A stretch of 64,000 nucleotides of DNA from the NCBI GenBank assembly GCA_043228905.1, contig JBHGNT010000022.1:5146001-5210000 (forward strand), written 5' to 3'. The notes beneath the pieces are model-generated. The model had not been told where the DNA came from. It was given only the letters and a program-made list of their open reading frames with translations, and ran no database searches. This document shows, in pieces, positions 1 through 11,060 of this stretch. Source of the stretch: Azolla caroliniana (lineage: Eukaryota > Plantae > Polypodiophyta). The position numbers and the translations under genes were made by a program. Every line of letters begins with the position of its first letter. Position 1 is the stretch's first letter.

Positions 1-11
1 AGTTTTATATA

Positions 12-452
12 TCTATTATAAAAATATTATTACTGTGAGGTCCCCTTTTAATGATAGATAAAAATATCAATGTTTGTGGGAGAGTAAAAAACTTGGGAAT
101 TAATGAACCTTTTACTTATTACTTATTATTTATTATTATTTTATTAAAAATAAAACAAATACTTTTAAGTTTCTATCTATTATATAAAAATATTATTTAG
201 TGTAAGTCTCCTTTTTAATGTGAAGTTAAATATCCCCTTTTTATTGTGAAAGCCTATTTGTTATATTATATATCTAAGAAATTAAAAAGTATGAACTCTT
301 TTTTTTTTCCGAATATTTTTTCATGCGTTGTTATACGTATTCGTATGCATTCGTTTGGTAACCCCCACGAATGCGAATATGTCAATCTATGGTGGTGGTT
401 TTGTAAAATACCACCAAGAGGAAGCATACAGCCTTCATAAGAAAGTAACTAG
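12..452 (+). mobile_element. Possible non-autonomous Helitron remnant
   Basis: A|TCTATTATAAAAATATTATT start at 12, with a similar TCTATCTATTATATAAAAATATTATT at ~172. CTAG|T at 449-453, with weak hairpins upstream (GGTGGTTTTGTAAAATACCACC; GAAG..CTTC ~12 nt before CTAG). Confidence 0.35.
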
Positions 453-626
453 TAATAATAATATTATTATTATTTCGTATATTTATTATTATTTTCTTAT
501 TATAATAATAAAAAAATTTCTAGAACTGTAAGTTCTCATTTTTGTCTTGGGTTTCATCAACTAATCCTACTTGCTTGCAACAAATAATGTGCTTCGATTG
601 TTGAAGAGGTTTAGTTAGAAAATTGC

Positions 627-983
627 CTACATATGATGAGTGGGAGAAAACTTTATTTCTATCTTCTTCGTTTCAATGAGGTCATGAAGAAAGTGATGCT
701 TCAAGTCCACATGACGTATGTTGTCATTCATCTTCGCATTGTTGGCCAACTTGATGCAAGATTGATTATGGCAAAACAAAGTCATTGTTGGAATAGTAAA
801 TAGGTTAAATTCTTCGAGCATTGATTTAATCCAAATGCCACTTTTAGCCACTAGGTCTATGACTACATATTCGACTTCGGTGGATGATAATGCTACAGTA
901 GTTTGTTTCTTTGACTTCCAAGAAATCACAATACTAGCTAGTGTGTAGAAACCTTCATGCCCACAGTCTTGTACTTCGACCAT
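627..983 (-). pseudogene. Ty1/copia RNase H fragment
   Basis: ISWKSKKQTTVALSSTEVEY...FCHNQSCIKLA...RHVDLKHHF; copia RNase H motifs, truncated. Confidence 0.85.
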
Positions 984-1076
984 CCTTTCTTCCTTGATAA
1001 ACAGTCCAAGCCTTTCATGGCGTTGTACATGCTAATTGAAACTGTGTCCAAGCCTTTCATGGCGTTGTACATTTCT

Positions 1077-1107
1077 TGGAAGATGAGAGACTATGTGTGT
1101 GTGTGTA

Positions 1108-1161
<54 letters not shown>

Positions 1162-3635
1162 AAAGTGTATATGATATTAACAAGACAAAATACATTCAAC
1201 TGTTAACTAAGTTACAATGAGTTGGTTTATATACCAACTAAGCTAGGGCAAGCGCCCTTTTTGCTATTTACAAAACTAGCCTGGTATGTCCATAGTGTGA
1301 ACCTATTCCTATGGGAAGTTGAGTTCGATTCTCAACACGCCCCTTCGAACACAACTTCCATCTGTTCGGCGTACCCTCAAGCTTGGCAAGGTAGGCGACA
1401 TGAGACCAAGATCCGATGTGAATTGCCCGAGCTTGTCTACTCCTAAGGCCTTCGTAAATATATCAGCAACCTGAAGGTGAGTGTTGATATGTTGGAGATC
1501 GATTTCTCCGGTCTATATGCGCTCGCGGATGAAGTGGTAGTGTACTTCGATGTGTTTAGCCCGCGCGTGAAATACGGGGTTGCGCGCCAAGTAGACATTG
1601 CTCATGTTGTCGCAGTACAGGCCTTTGATGGGAATGCCCAGATCCTTCAGTACGCGCTTAAGCCATATGACTTCACATGCGGCGACTGCCGCGCCCCTGT
1701 ATTCAGCTTTCGTGCTCGATAGTGCGACTGTCGACTGTTTCTTGCTGCTCCAGGAGATCACTCTGCTGCCGAGGGAGAAGACGAATCCGAATGTGGATTG
1801 TCTATCTGCTTTGTATCCTGCCTAGTCCGCGTCTGTGTACCCTTCAAGTCGAATGGTCGTATTCGACTTATACAAGATGCCATAATCCATTGTTGTGCTA
1901 ACATACCATAGTATCCTCTTAGCGTAATCGAGGTGAAGGTTTCTTGGATTCTGCATGAATTGGCTAAGTAGGCCGACCAAATAACTGAGGTTGGGTCGCG
2001 TAATGGTTAGGTAGATTAGACTGCCGATCAGTTGATGATACTGAATCGACTCGCTCGTAGCCGTGCCGGAACTAGCATCGATCTTGAGATTACGTTCAAG
2101 AGGGGTAGTCATAGGTTTGCACTCTGTCATTCCGAACTTGTAGAGTAAGTTGAGAATGTAATGCTGTTTTGAGATCATTATCTTGACTGGTGTCCGAATT
2201 ACTTCAATACCTAGAAAGTAATGAAGTTCGTGCAAGTCCTTCATTTTGAATCTGCCAAAAAGAAGTGATTTAACTTTGTTAATCTTGGCGAGATCCTTTC
2301 CTCCGATAACCAAGTCATCCACGTATAGAATGATGACTATCGGGCTATCCAACTCATTTCAGATGTACAGAGATGTATCAGATTTTGACATCCGAAATCC
2401 GGCTTGGTGAAGATACTGCGTGATCTTCGAGTGCCAAGCGTGGGTGCTTGTTTGAGGCCGTAGAATGGCTTCTTGAGTCGGCATACGGCGTGCGGATGAT
2501 TACGCGTTTCGAATCTGGGTGGTTGTGTGATATACACCTCTTCTTCTAGCTCTCCTTGGAGGAAAATGTTTTTCACGTCCATCTAATGGAGGTGCCACCC
2601 TTTTGCTGCTGCTAGCGCGATTACGGTTCGTACTGTCATCATCTTTGCCATCAGAGCAAAGGTTTCTTTGTAGTCTATGCCGTATGTCTGTGCGTAGCCT
2701 TTTGCAATGAGCTGTGCTTTGAAGTGATTTATGGAACCATCAGCATCGTGCTTCACCTTGTAAATCCACCTGCAACCAATTGGTTTCTTGTTCGGGGGGT
2801 GAGGAATGAGATCCCATGTCTCGTTTTTGCATAACACTTCCATCTCCTCATTCATCACGTTGACCCATCACGGATCCTTTGTGGCTTCGGAAAGCGTTTC
2901 CGGTTCCCGTATTGACGCTACCTTCATCATGAATGTGTAATGATACGCCATGTACTCGTCGTAGCTGTAGCGGTTTGCGGGGTTCTTCTCACGCGTAGAT
3001 CGGTGTGGCTTGTCATTTGCGGATTCTAGGGGTTTCTTCACGCCGTCCGTGGGGATGTCAAGGCCTTCGAACTCATTGTCGAGATCAAAATTATCTTCAT
3101 ACCCCTGCATTTTCGCCTTGCCTTTGTCTAGCAGTGAACTTGGCTGAGATGTGCTTTCATCACTTGGGGGCTCTTGTGGTCCGCTTAGCCATGTCAAAAT
3201 TGGACTTTCGGCCAACGATATAAGAATAGACTTCCCATTTGAGTGTTCATGGTGATTTCTTCTCTGTAGATGGGCCGGTTCTGTTGATCGTCGGCATGCA
3301 GCACAACATGCTTGATCAGGCAACCACTCGCTCTGATACCATGTTAAGAATTGAGTCTATGGTGATTGCAATGCAATGGAAGATGAGAGATTGTATGTGT
3401 GTGTGTGTGTAACAACAGAGAGAAAGAGAGATAGAGAGCTCAAGAGACAGAGATAGACAAAAGTGTATATGATATTAACAAGACAAAATACATCCAACCG
3501 TTAACTAAGTTACAATGAGTTGGTTTATATACCAACTAAGCTAGGGCAAGCACCCTTTCTGCTATTTACAAAACTAGCCTGGTATGTCCATAGTGTGAAC
3601 CTATTCCTATGGGAAGTTGAGTTTGATTCTCAACA
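1077..3635 (-). mobile_element. Ty1/copia element with gag-PR-INT deleted (RT/RNase H only, degenerate)
   Basis: 5' LTR 3342-3635 (TG..CA); truncated 3' LTR 1077-1337 with the same sequence; tRNA-iMet PBS 3330-3341. Frameshifted RT ([30 protein letters not shown]) and RNase H (SWSSKKQSTVALSS, KHIEVHYHF) in ORFs 1513-2858. Confidence 0.9.
3330..3341 (-). promoter_or_regulatory. Primer-binding site, tRNA-iMet
   Basis: Minus strand TGGTATCAGAGC directly adjacent to the LTR at 3342. Confidence 0.9.
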
Positions 3636-5145
3636 AATTTCATGGAGATTAGGTTGATTTTGGATCCATGGTTGATCAACACCACCTCTAGCTCTTTTAT
3701 GTCCCCGATCCACATTGTTGTCGCCCCAACCCAATGTGGCCTTGTGCAGTAGCTATGCCCATAGTCTTCTTTGGCCTCAAACCCATCTGTTGCCACCATG
3801 TTTATGTTCATGGGGCTTGCACCGTCTAGATTAATTGAGTTTGAGTCTTTTTCTCTTTATTAGGTAGATGATAACCTCGAAGAATTGTTTCTTGGGTATA
3901 CCAAGGGCATCCAGTAGAGTGAACTCTACCCAACTACTAGGGACCCTTTCCTCCATCACTTTCTACAGGTTTGTTGCTTGTTCAATCTCTAAGAAAAGCT
4001 TGAAGTTTAGGGGTTTGATCTTCTAATCCATCTATCGTTGCGTGCTAGGGCTGGGTTTGGCTCTTCCCTTCTTTGTGCACCCCAAGTGTCATATTTCCTT
4101 GATGCTACAACTCCTTGATCATTTCCTTCTCTCTTTTCTTCAACATCACTTCGTAGTTTTGGTACGTGGCTTCTACTAAGCCCGTCTTCTCTTCTACCAG
4201 ATCTCTCCATCCGGTTGCCTCTTCGACCCTTCTCTCTACTTGATCTCCTTCTTCCTTCTGGTGCATTCCCTTTTGGAGGCTTCCAAGGATTGATGGCCAA
4301 AAATCGACCTCGTTTTCTTCTTAGCTCCTTACAACTTTTCCCAATTGTATCCCGACTGATGTTGAGGAGTGGATGACTTCGACATCCAATGCTTCAACTT
4401 CCTTGATTAGCCTCTTCATTCCTCCTTGACCTATGTTCAATTGCACATGGTACCTTGTCTTCGTCAAATGGACCCTGTTGCCCACAAAATAGACTATGTT
4501 CCTTCGTAAGGCCTCTTGGAAGTCTTCACACTCCCTTCGTAGGTGGTCGGGGTTGTCACACTACATGCATCTTTGTGCTATTGTAGGATGATGATCTTGA
4601 GGGAGCAACCCACCTTCTCTCCTTGGTTGTGCTATGTGGAGGTTTCACACCATCTTTGTGAGTTCTTCAATGGCCAATCCTCCTGCCGATCCTTCCACCA
4701 CATTTCATAAAATGTTTCTCGAAATCTTGAAGTATTGAACAATAATATTTCTCCCCTTCCCAAGAAGCTCAACCCAATCCATTAGGTATTTCTTGGTCAA
4801 TGACACGGAGTCGTCTCTAAGTCCATGCTCTTCAAGTGGCCCTGTCTTGAACTCCGCCATGTCGCGGCTCTCCGTAGTCATATCGAGTATCTCCCCATGG
4901 AGAATTGGTGTTACAAGTCTCGTAAAGCCACTCAGTTGCCTAATCAACATCGTGGCTTTGTATACCTCTAGGTAGCATGAGGCATCATTTCGATTGAAAT
5001 GGCCCGTCGTCCCGATGACCATCTCTATGGCTTGGTCTAGGCTTGCCGTTTTCTCCCTTTCTTGCATCATCTTGTCCATGGATATATCCATCATTGGAGC
5101 GAGATCCTCTCTATACGAGTTATGTGCAGAAGCTCTGAGAAACAA
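3636..5145 (-). pseudogene. Degenerate Ty3/gypsy gag-protease remnant, related to the 10100-17514 element
   Basis: EVVLINHGSKINLISMKF parallels ALIDHGSEINMMSSEF (12758 ORF). GHFNRNDASCYLEVYKATML parallels GIFEGINLTRFLKIYNEEML (11061 ORF). Confidence 0.7.
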
Positions 5146-5218
5146 TCGGCTTAGCGAGATAACAACAGAAATAGAATGAAGGTTTAATGGAAAGCTTGGA
5201 AATACACAGAGAGTATGC

Positions 5219-5260
<42 letters not shown>

Positions 5261-5328
5261 AGAACACAACGTCTACTTCAAAATAATACACAATACTCTG
5301 TACATCGAATGTGCTCAAAGAGCACTTT
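5146..5328 (-). repeat. Partial copia LTR interrupted by a related LTR
   Basis: AGAATGAAGGTTTAATG..AAATACACA..(GA)n..ATGTGCTCAAAGAGCACTTT is repeated in diverged form at 5371-5503. Confidence 0.6.
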
Positions 5329-6818
5329 TGTAAAAGTTAACGTGTGGAAGCTTGTAGACACAACCGAAAACAGAATGAAGGTTTAATGTAAAGCGTCAAA
5401 TACACAAAGAATGCACAGGAGAGATAGAGAGAGGTGAACACACAAAACTATATTCAAAATACTCTATGGACTCAGTACATACAAATGTGCTTTAGAGAAC
5501 TTTTATACAAGTCCTTAAAAGGACTGATAGAAGTACTAACAAGTACTTCAATGCTCGTACTGAGCTATGACACTAATTACTAGAACAATAACTACCTAGT
5601 AGACTAGGAGAGTAGGCCTCCAATGGCCTACCGGTTCACACATGGGTCGGGCTCCTGGCTTCTTTGCCAGATCCTGATCATGTTGAGCTTGCTCGCTCAA
5701 CACTCCCCCTCAAGTTCAACTTGAGGCCAGATTGTGGTCTCTGTGTCTGTCGGTCCTTTCCTTTGGCTCCTCCTCAAGACCCACTTGCGTAGGAAGTGGT
5801 AATGCAGTTATATGTGCTTTGTGTGATCATGGAACATGGGGTTAGTGGCCAACTGAATGCTACTTATGTTGTCGTAGTACATTGGGATCGAAGTCGATAC
5901 TTCGATCCAGAGGTCTTGCAGCAGCCGTCGAAGCCATATGGCTCCTCTGTACTTACCCTTAGTGCTTGATAGAGCCACTGTTAGCTGCTTCTTACTGCTC
6001 CACGCAATAGTCACGCTACCAAGAGAGAACATAAAGTTGGATGTTGACCGAAGATTTGACGCATCACCAACCCAGTCGGCATCTTTATAACTGACTAACT
6101 TTTTGGTTATACCGTGTTGGTACAATAGTCCCCTATCCTTAGTGCTGCTCACGTATCACAGTAGACGATGCACACACTGAAGGTGGTCGACGGTTGGTTG
6201 TTACATGTATTGATTGATCACCCCGATTGGATAGTTGATGTCGGGTCGGGTGATAGTAAGATATATTAGGCTTCCAACAATTTGTCAGAATCGTTTCTCG
6301 TTGTAGGCCGGTTCAGAGTCGGGACGTAGCTTCTAATTCTGGATGTTGAGATTGGTCGGCAATCCATCATGCCGAACTTGAACAACATATTCAACACATA
6401 GTGTCTTTGTGACAACAATATGCCATCGGGGATGTGGATCACTTCGATCCTGAGGAAGTAGTGAAGATTCCCTAGGTCCTTCATCTCAAATGATGCCGCA
6501 AGTTGACACTTCATGTAACCAATTTCCTCTAGGTCGGCGCCGATGATGACTAAATCATCAACATAAAGTAAAAGATTTAATGACCCATTCCAACCTTCCC
6601 GGATGCAGAGTGAAGACTTCGACTTGGATGTAGCAAACCCCATCCGACGTAGGCACTACGTGATCCTCGCATTCCAAGCATGCGGGGCCTGCTTTAATTC
6701 ATAAAAGGACTTCTTCAATTAGCATACTCCTGAAGTATTCAATCTGAACTGAAATCTGGGTGGTTGCTCCATGTATACCTGTTCATCAAATTCTCCTTGC
6801 AGAAACGGGTTCTTCACA
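5329..6818 (-). mobile_element. Truncated Ty1/copia element (3' LTR, RNase H, RT)
   Basis: LTR 5329-5702 (TGTAAAAG..CTCAACA), PPT 5703-5714; RT/RNase H ORFs 5808-6643 (LLYVDD, AWSSKKQLTVALSS). Confidence 0.85.
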
Positions 6819-8090
6819 AGGCTTCCATTTGCCATGTGAACTTGATAGATATGATCACTTGCGTTTATATGGAGTTCCATTTGTTGCACAAAGTGATCAT
6901 TAAGAAAATTGTGAGAAATCAAACAAGAAATCTTCTTGTGTTCCATTAATATACCCGATTGCCCGGAGTAAATCATTAGGTCCAAGTAGATGTGAAGGAA
7001 AAGTGCATTCACATGAACTTAAGTGGTTGTTATGAACTTCAACAACATCAAAAGACTCACCTGTGTGACTCGTAGATTTGTCTTGAGGAGGGGTGTTCAT
7101 TGACTTCCTCTCAAGACGATGACAGGTATCCTTTGTGTGGCCCCACTTCTTGCAATATGCACAAAAGAGGTTAGGTTTCTTGGAGTCGCAGTCAAGAGTG
7201 TCTGGATTGCTTACGTTTCCCAATGAACTTGACATTCGGAGTTTTGGCAAACTCAAGTTTATTGTGGTCTTTCTTGGAAGTCCTATGGTACCGAAGTACA
7301 ATGTTGACGGCTTCCTCGAAAGTTGTGGGGTCTTTGTCATGGACAATCCAATGGTAATCCCCATTGGGAATACCATTCAAAAACCAAGCAACAAAACATT
7401 TCTCACCCATAAGTTCCGACTTTTGGATTTGGGTCCGAGCATGATGCACATAATCCTCGAGAGAGGTAAATGGCTTAATCGACAACGTGAGCAAGTGTTG
7501 CGCTTGTTTAGTTTGGGAAGGTGGTTGCAAAAACTGTTTCTTAAAAATATCAATGAAACCTTCCCAAGTTGTGGGTAAGTTCTTTGCAGTCCTTAGGACG
7601 CGCCACCAAGCAGCAGCCCAGCCACCTAACTCACGAACGACGTAACCAATTTTTATAGCATCGGGCTTGGGGTGGAGCTCAAAGTGAGACTCCCAACGAC
7701 CAAGCCAAGTTGTTAATGGCCTCCTCGGTTCTTTCTTTCTTATCTCCCTTGAATGGCGTTACTACGAAAGAAGGCTCACCTTCTTTCTTGGACTCAATAG
7801 TCAATTCTTGGAATTTCTATTCCAATGCCATATTGGCCTACCTGATTTCGTCCAATTGATTCAAGGTAGTAGTGAGCAATTGCTCAATAGTGATCTTAGC
7901 TTGTGTGTGAGATGCGGATTGGAGTTGAGAGGTCTCGGTCGGAGAGATTGCTCCAACAACGTTCAAAACTTGTTCCATGATGCAAGCTGTGGGTATGCAA
8001 TATAAATAAGGAGGTTCAGAAAATACACAAGCAAAATGAATGCTTGAAATTTTGATTGTAAGAACTTTACCAAGAAAGCATCTCACGTCT
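6819..8090 (-). pseudogene. Ty3/gypsy gag-protease remnant
   Basis: Retrotransposon gag-like ORF 7192-7530, CCHC knuckle CAYCKKWGHTKDTC, protease-like segment FLFD..NDHFVQQMEL..VHMANG. Confidence 0.7.
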
Positions 8091-8882
8091 TTACCCCTCT
8101 AGACATATGAGATGTGATTCAAGATCCGATAACTATGGTAACACTATGGTGTTTTAAAAACCATGGGGGAAAACATAGCTAAGATGTTTTTCTCGGATCT
8201 CTATCTTGAATAATCATGGCGGCTCCCCGAGGCTCAACCATGGTTCTAAACATCAACGTACTTTCCTAGTTAGCCTTATATTAAAATGCCAACCCAACAT
8301 GTATTGATATGGTCAAGAAAGTGTATTACGTGAAAAAACAAGTGCACTCGCAAGTAATATTCTAGTCTTGCAAGTAACAAGCAAATGTTATGACAAAAAC
8401 GATAAACTAAGGCACCCATAAGAATCAAGCAGTGACGAAAACAAGGGTAAAAAAACCCATGTGTTACCTACTAAAAAAAAAATTTGTCACAAATAAATGG
8501 ATGGTGCGAGGTATGCACATATACATCCCAATATGGTGGTTGTAATTTGCACAATTGTGACATAAGCCACAAATTGATACAAGTGGCGGTGGTGTTGTGC
8601 GCAAAGATGTAGAACTCAAATCTGTGAGTAAAACATCAATAGGGTAACTCATGTGGTTTTACTCGAGTTCTAAGGCTCGATAATATGAGTTAAACCTAGA
8701 TGAGTCGTTAGAAAAAATCGTTCAAAAAACGGCATGATGCCCACTCAATATTAAAAAATAGTCTACATGAATCGTTACACCATTAAACGTACGTAAATAG
8801 TATAGATGAACTTAAAATAAGGGCAAGAAAGAGAGTTAATTGTGGGTGGGTAAATGACAATTACTAGAAAATCATAGAAAAG

Positions 8883-10099
8883 TGTTCAGAATTAGGTAAG
8901 TAATTAAGCAAGGATTAATTAGTACCTAATTATGTGATTAATTGATAAGCGAAAGATTAAGTGATATGTGTGTATGTGTGTGAGAGGAAGAGAGAGAGAG
9001 AGAGAGATACACATATGAACAACACAAGATGGGGGATGAGTAAGTATATTAAATTAGCATTATCATCATCATCAAATACAAAAATACCCACAATGAGGTA
9101 TATATACATCTCATGTGCAAAGGTGCACATGTGTGAGTGGAATATAGGTACTAAGGTGTAAGTCCTATATTAAATGTACTTAGGAGTGGAGGATCTAGAA
9201 TATCCTACTTAAGTACAAGGTCCTATTTAAGGCGTTATAGTCAACACTTCTAATTAGATTCTATCTACGTAACTACGAAGTTACATGATTGACTAACTAA
9301 CTAAACTAAGTTGAGCTTGATTTCTCAACACGCCCCCTCAAGCTCAAGTGTGAGGCGTCCGACATCCGCTTTGGCTTTCGTCAGCTTCGTGTGCTTCCGT
9401 CCAGCCTTCGGCTTTCTTCGCCGTGGGAACCTTGGTTCCTCCTCCTCAGGCCGGTGACGAAGGCTTGTAGCGTGTGGGTGAAGGTCGACTACTTCCACCC
9501 ATCGTGGGTTACAAGCCACTTCGGTGGACCTCTTGGGCTCTTGTTCGCCCGCAACCTTCATCGCGAAGGCGTAATGATGGTCGTATACTCATTGTAGTCG
9601 AGCCGAGTGACAGGATTCTTCTCTCTAGAAGAGTGTCGAAGTTTTTTGCTCACCGATGTGAGCGCCTTATTTGCTCCGGGTGTCTGCATGATGGGTACAC
9701 CGAACTCATTGTCTAGTGAGGGAGCCGACACATCTGAATCACTGTCGTCGAAGTGATCGACTTTGTATTCGGGCATCTCACCTTTGCCTTTGTCCAAGTT
9801 TGTAGTTGGCCGTGATGTGCTTGGGTCGCGTGGGGGCTCCTGTGGCCCACTAGGCCTTGCCGTAATCAGACATTCTTCGAACATGTGTTCAAAGCGATCT
9901 CCATATTCTACCTCTTGTTCGGAGGATTCCAGGTCGAGCGTAGTCGGAGTCGAAGTTGTCTTTGGTGCGTACCAGGATGCGGACTCGTCAAAGACTACGT
10001 CTCGACTTACCTGAACCACTCGGGTAGAAGAGTTGTAGCACTTGTACACCTTCTTCTCATACAAGTATCCTATGAGGATACATTCCTCCGACTTCGCGT
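8883..10099 (-). mobile_element. Ty1/copia 3' part lacking RT/RNase H (LTR, PPT, post-integrase region)
   Basis: LTR ~8883-9330 ending CTCAACA, PPT 9331-9342; ORF 9558-10099 with KSEECILIGY..YKCYN..VSRDVVFDE. Sequence jumps from the start of RT (NPRWVEVV) to the 3' tail. LTR start is approximate. Confidence 0.8.
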
Positions 10100-10160
10100 T
10101 GTCGTGAAGAATGTGCTTCACGATATAAAAAAAAGCTTGAAAATTGTATTTAATAATAAT

Positions 10161-10218
10161 TGAAAGACTTGAACCCACATCCTTATATACGAAGTACAAT
10201 GTACATACCACTAGGCTA
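10161..10218 (-). other. tRNA-like cassette A in LTR (A-box/B-box, anticodon-like TCG)
   Basis: Minus strand TAGCCTAGTGG-TATGTACA-TTGTA CTTCGTA TATAA-GGAT-GTGGGTTCAAGTCTTTC; no acceptor stem; copy at 16683-16740. Confidence 0.6.
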
Positions 10219-10298
10219 GGCTATTTATTTGTAAAAGTTTGTAAAAAAATGTGTTTCATGATATAAGAATGAAGCTATATATTGTATTGAGTAAAATA

Positions 10299-10355
10299 GA
10301 GAGACTTGAACTCTCAACCTTGTATACCAAACACAAAGCATACACCACTAAGCTA
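10299..10355 (-). other. tRNA-like cassette B in LTR (anticodon-like TGG)
   Basis: Minus strand TAGCTTAGTGG-TGTATGCT-TTGTG TTTGGTA TACAA-GGTT-GAGAG TTCAAGT CTCTC-TATTTT; perfect T-arm; copy at 16821-16877. Confidence 0.65.
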
Positions 10356-10607
10356 GGTTAGTTATTTTAGAATACATTTTCATCATTATACTTATCCCAT
10401 ATCTATTTTCATATAGCCATCACGCATCACATGCAATGCATGTGCGCCAAATGGTGATCATGCATTACATGTAACTCATGCATCGCATGCATGCCATGCT
10501 CCCATACATTACCATATGCATGGCAACACTTATATAAAGAGGGGCAAGGAAACAAGAGGGAATCAAGAAGAGAGAGTGAGAAAATAATACAATTAAGAAA
10601 AGAAGAC

Positions 10608-10672
10608 TAGCTCATTGGGTGGAGAACCTCTCGTTTCGAAGTTGAGGTCGTGGGTTCAACTCAAGGGTCGGT
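10608..10672 (+). other. tRNA-like cassette C in LTR (downstream of TATA)
   Basis: TAGCTCATTGG..TTTCGAA..AGGTC-GTGGGTTCAACTC; 3' LTR copy (~17132-17195) has GGTTCAAATC. Confidence 0.55.
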
Positions 10673-11024
10673 AGAGAATGTGTTCAATTTGCGATCAAGG
10701 ATTGTAAAGTTGGTAAAATATTGTTTTTTTTAATATACATCATGTTTATATCAAATACTCTTGCGTCTTGAATCATACTTTGTCTCAATCTTCCTTCTTA
10801 AATCATACTTTGTCTCTATCTTGCTTCTTGAATCATATATTGTCTCTATCTTCTATCTATTCTCATCTCTCTCTCTCACACACATTACTCATATCTCTTC
10901 TTCTTTCTATTCTTAACCTTTCTTACATCACCATACAAGCCTTATTAAAATTTAAGTTCCTTCAACTCCCCTTAACCTTCGTCCCTGCGACTTCGCCGCA
11001 TGAACCACAACTACCCCGACATAT

Positions 11025-11043
11025 TTGGTGAACCTGACGTGAA
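11025..11043 (+). promoter_or_regulatory. Primer-binding site complementary to tRNA-Trp
   Basis: TGGTGAACCTGACGTGAA, 4 nt after the LTR, versus TGGTGAACCCGACGTGAA expected from the 3' end of plant cytosolic tRNA-Trp(CCA) (recalled sequence). Confidence 0.75.
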
Positions 11044-11060
11044 GGCGACAACGAGGAGAA

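Larger units (their letters stand above)
10100..11021 (+). repeat. 5' LTR of gypsy element (922 bp)
   Basis: Near-identical direct repeat of 16622-17514; TATA-like TATATAAAG at ~10530. Confidence 0.95.

Noticed and set aside
1004-1072. 27-bp direct repeat GTCCAAGCCTTTCATGGCGTTGTACAT
   Set aside because: Sits at a deletion junction between two copia pieces; most simply a repair by-product.
10161-10672. Functional tRNA genes (Arg/Pro)
   Set aside because: No acceptor stems and imperfect D-arms; reported as tRNA-like cassettes only.
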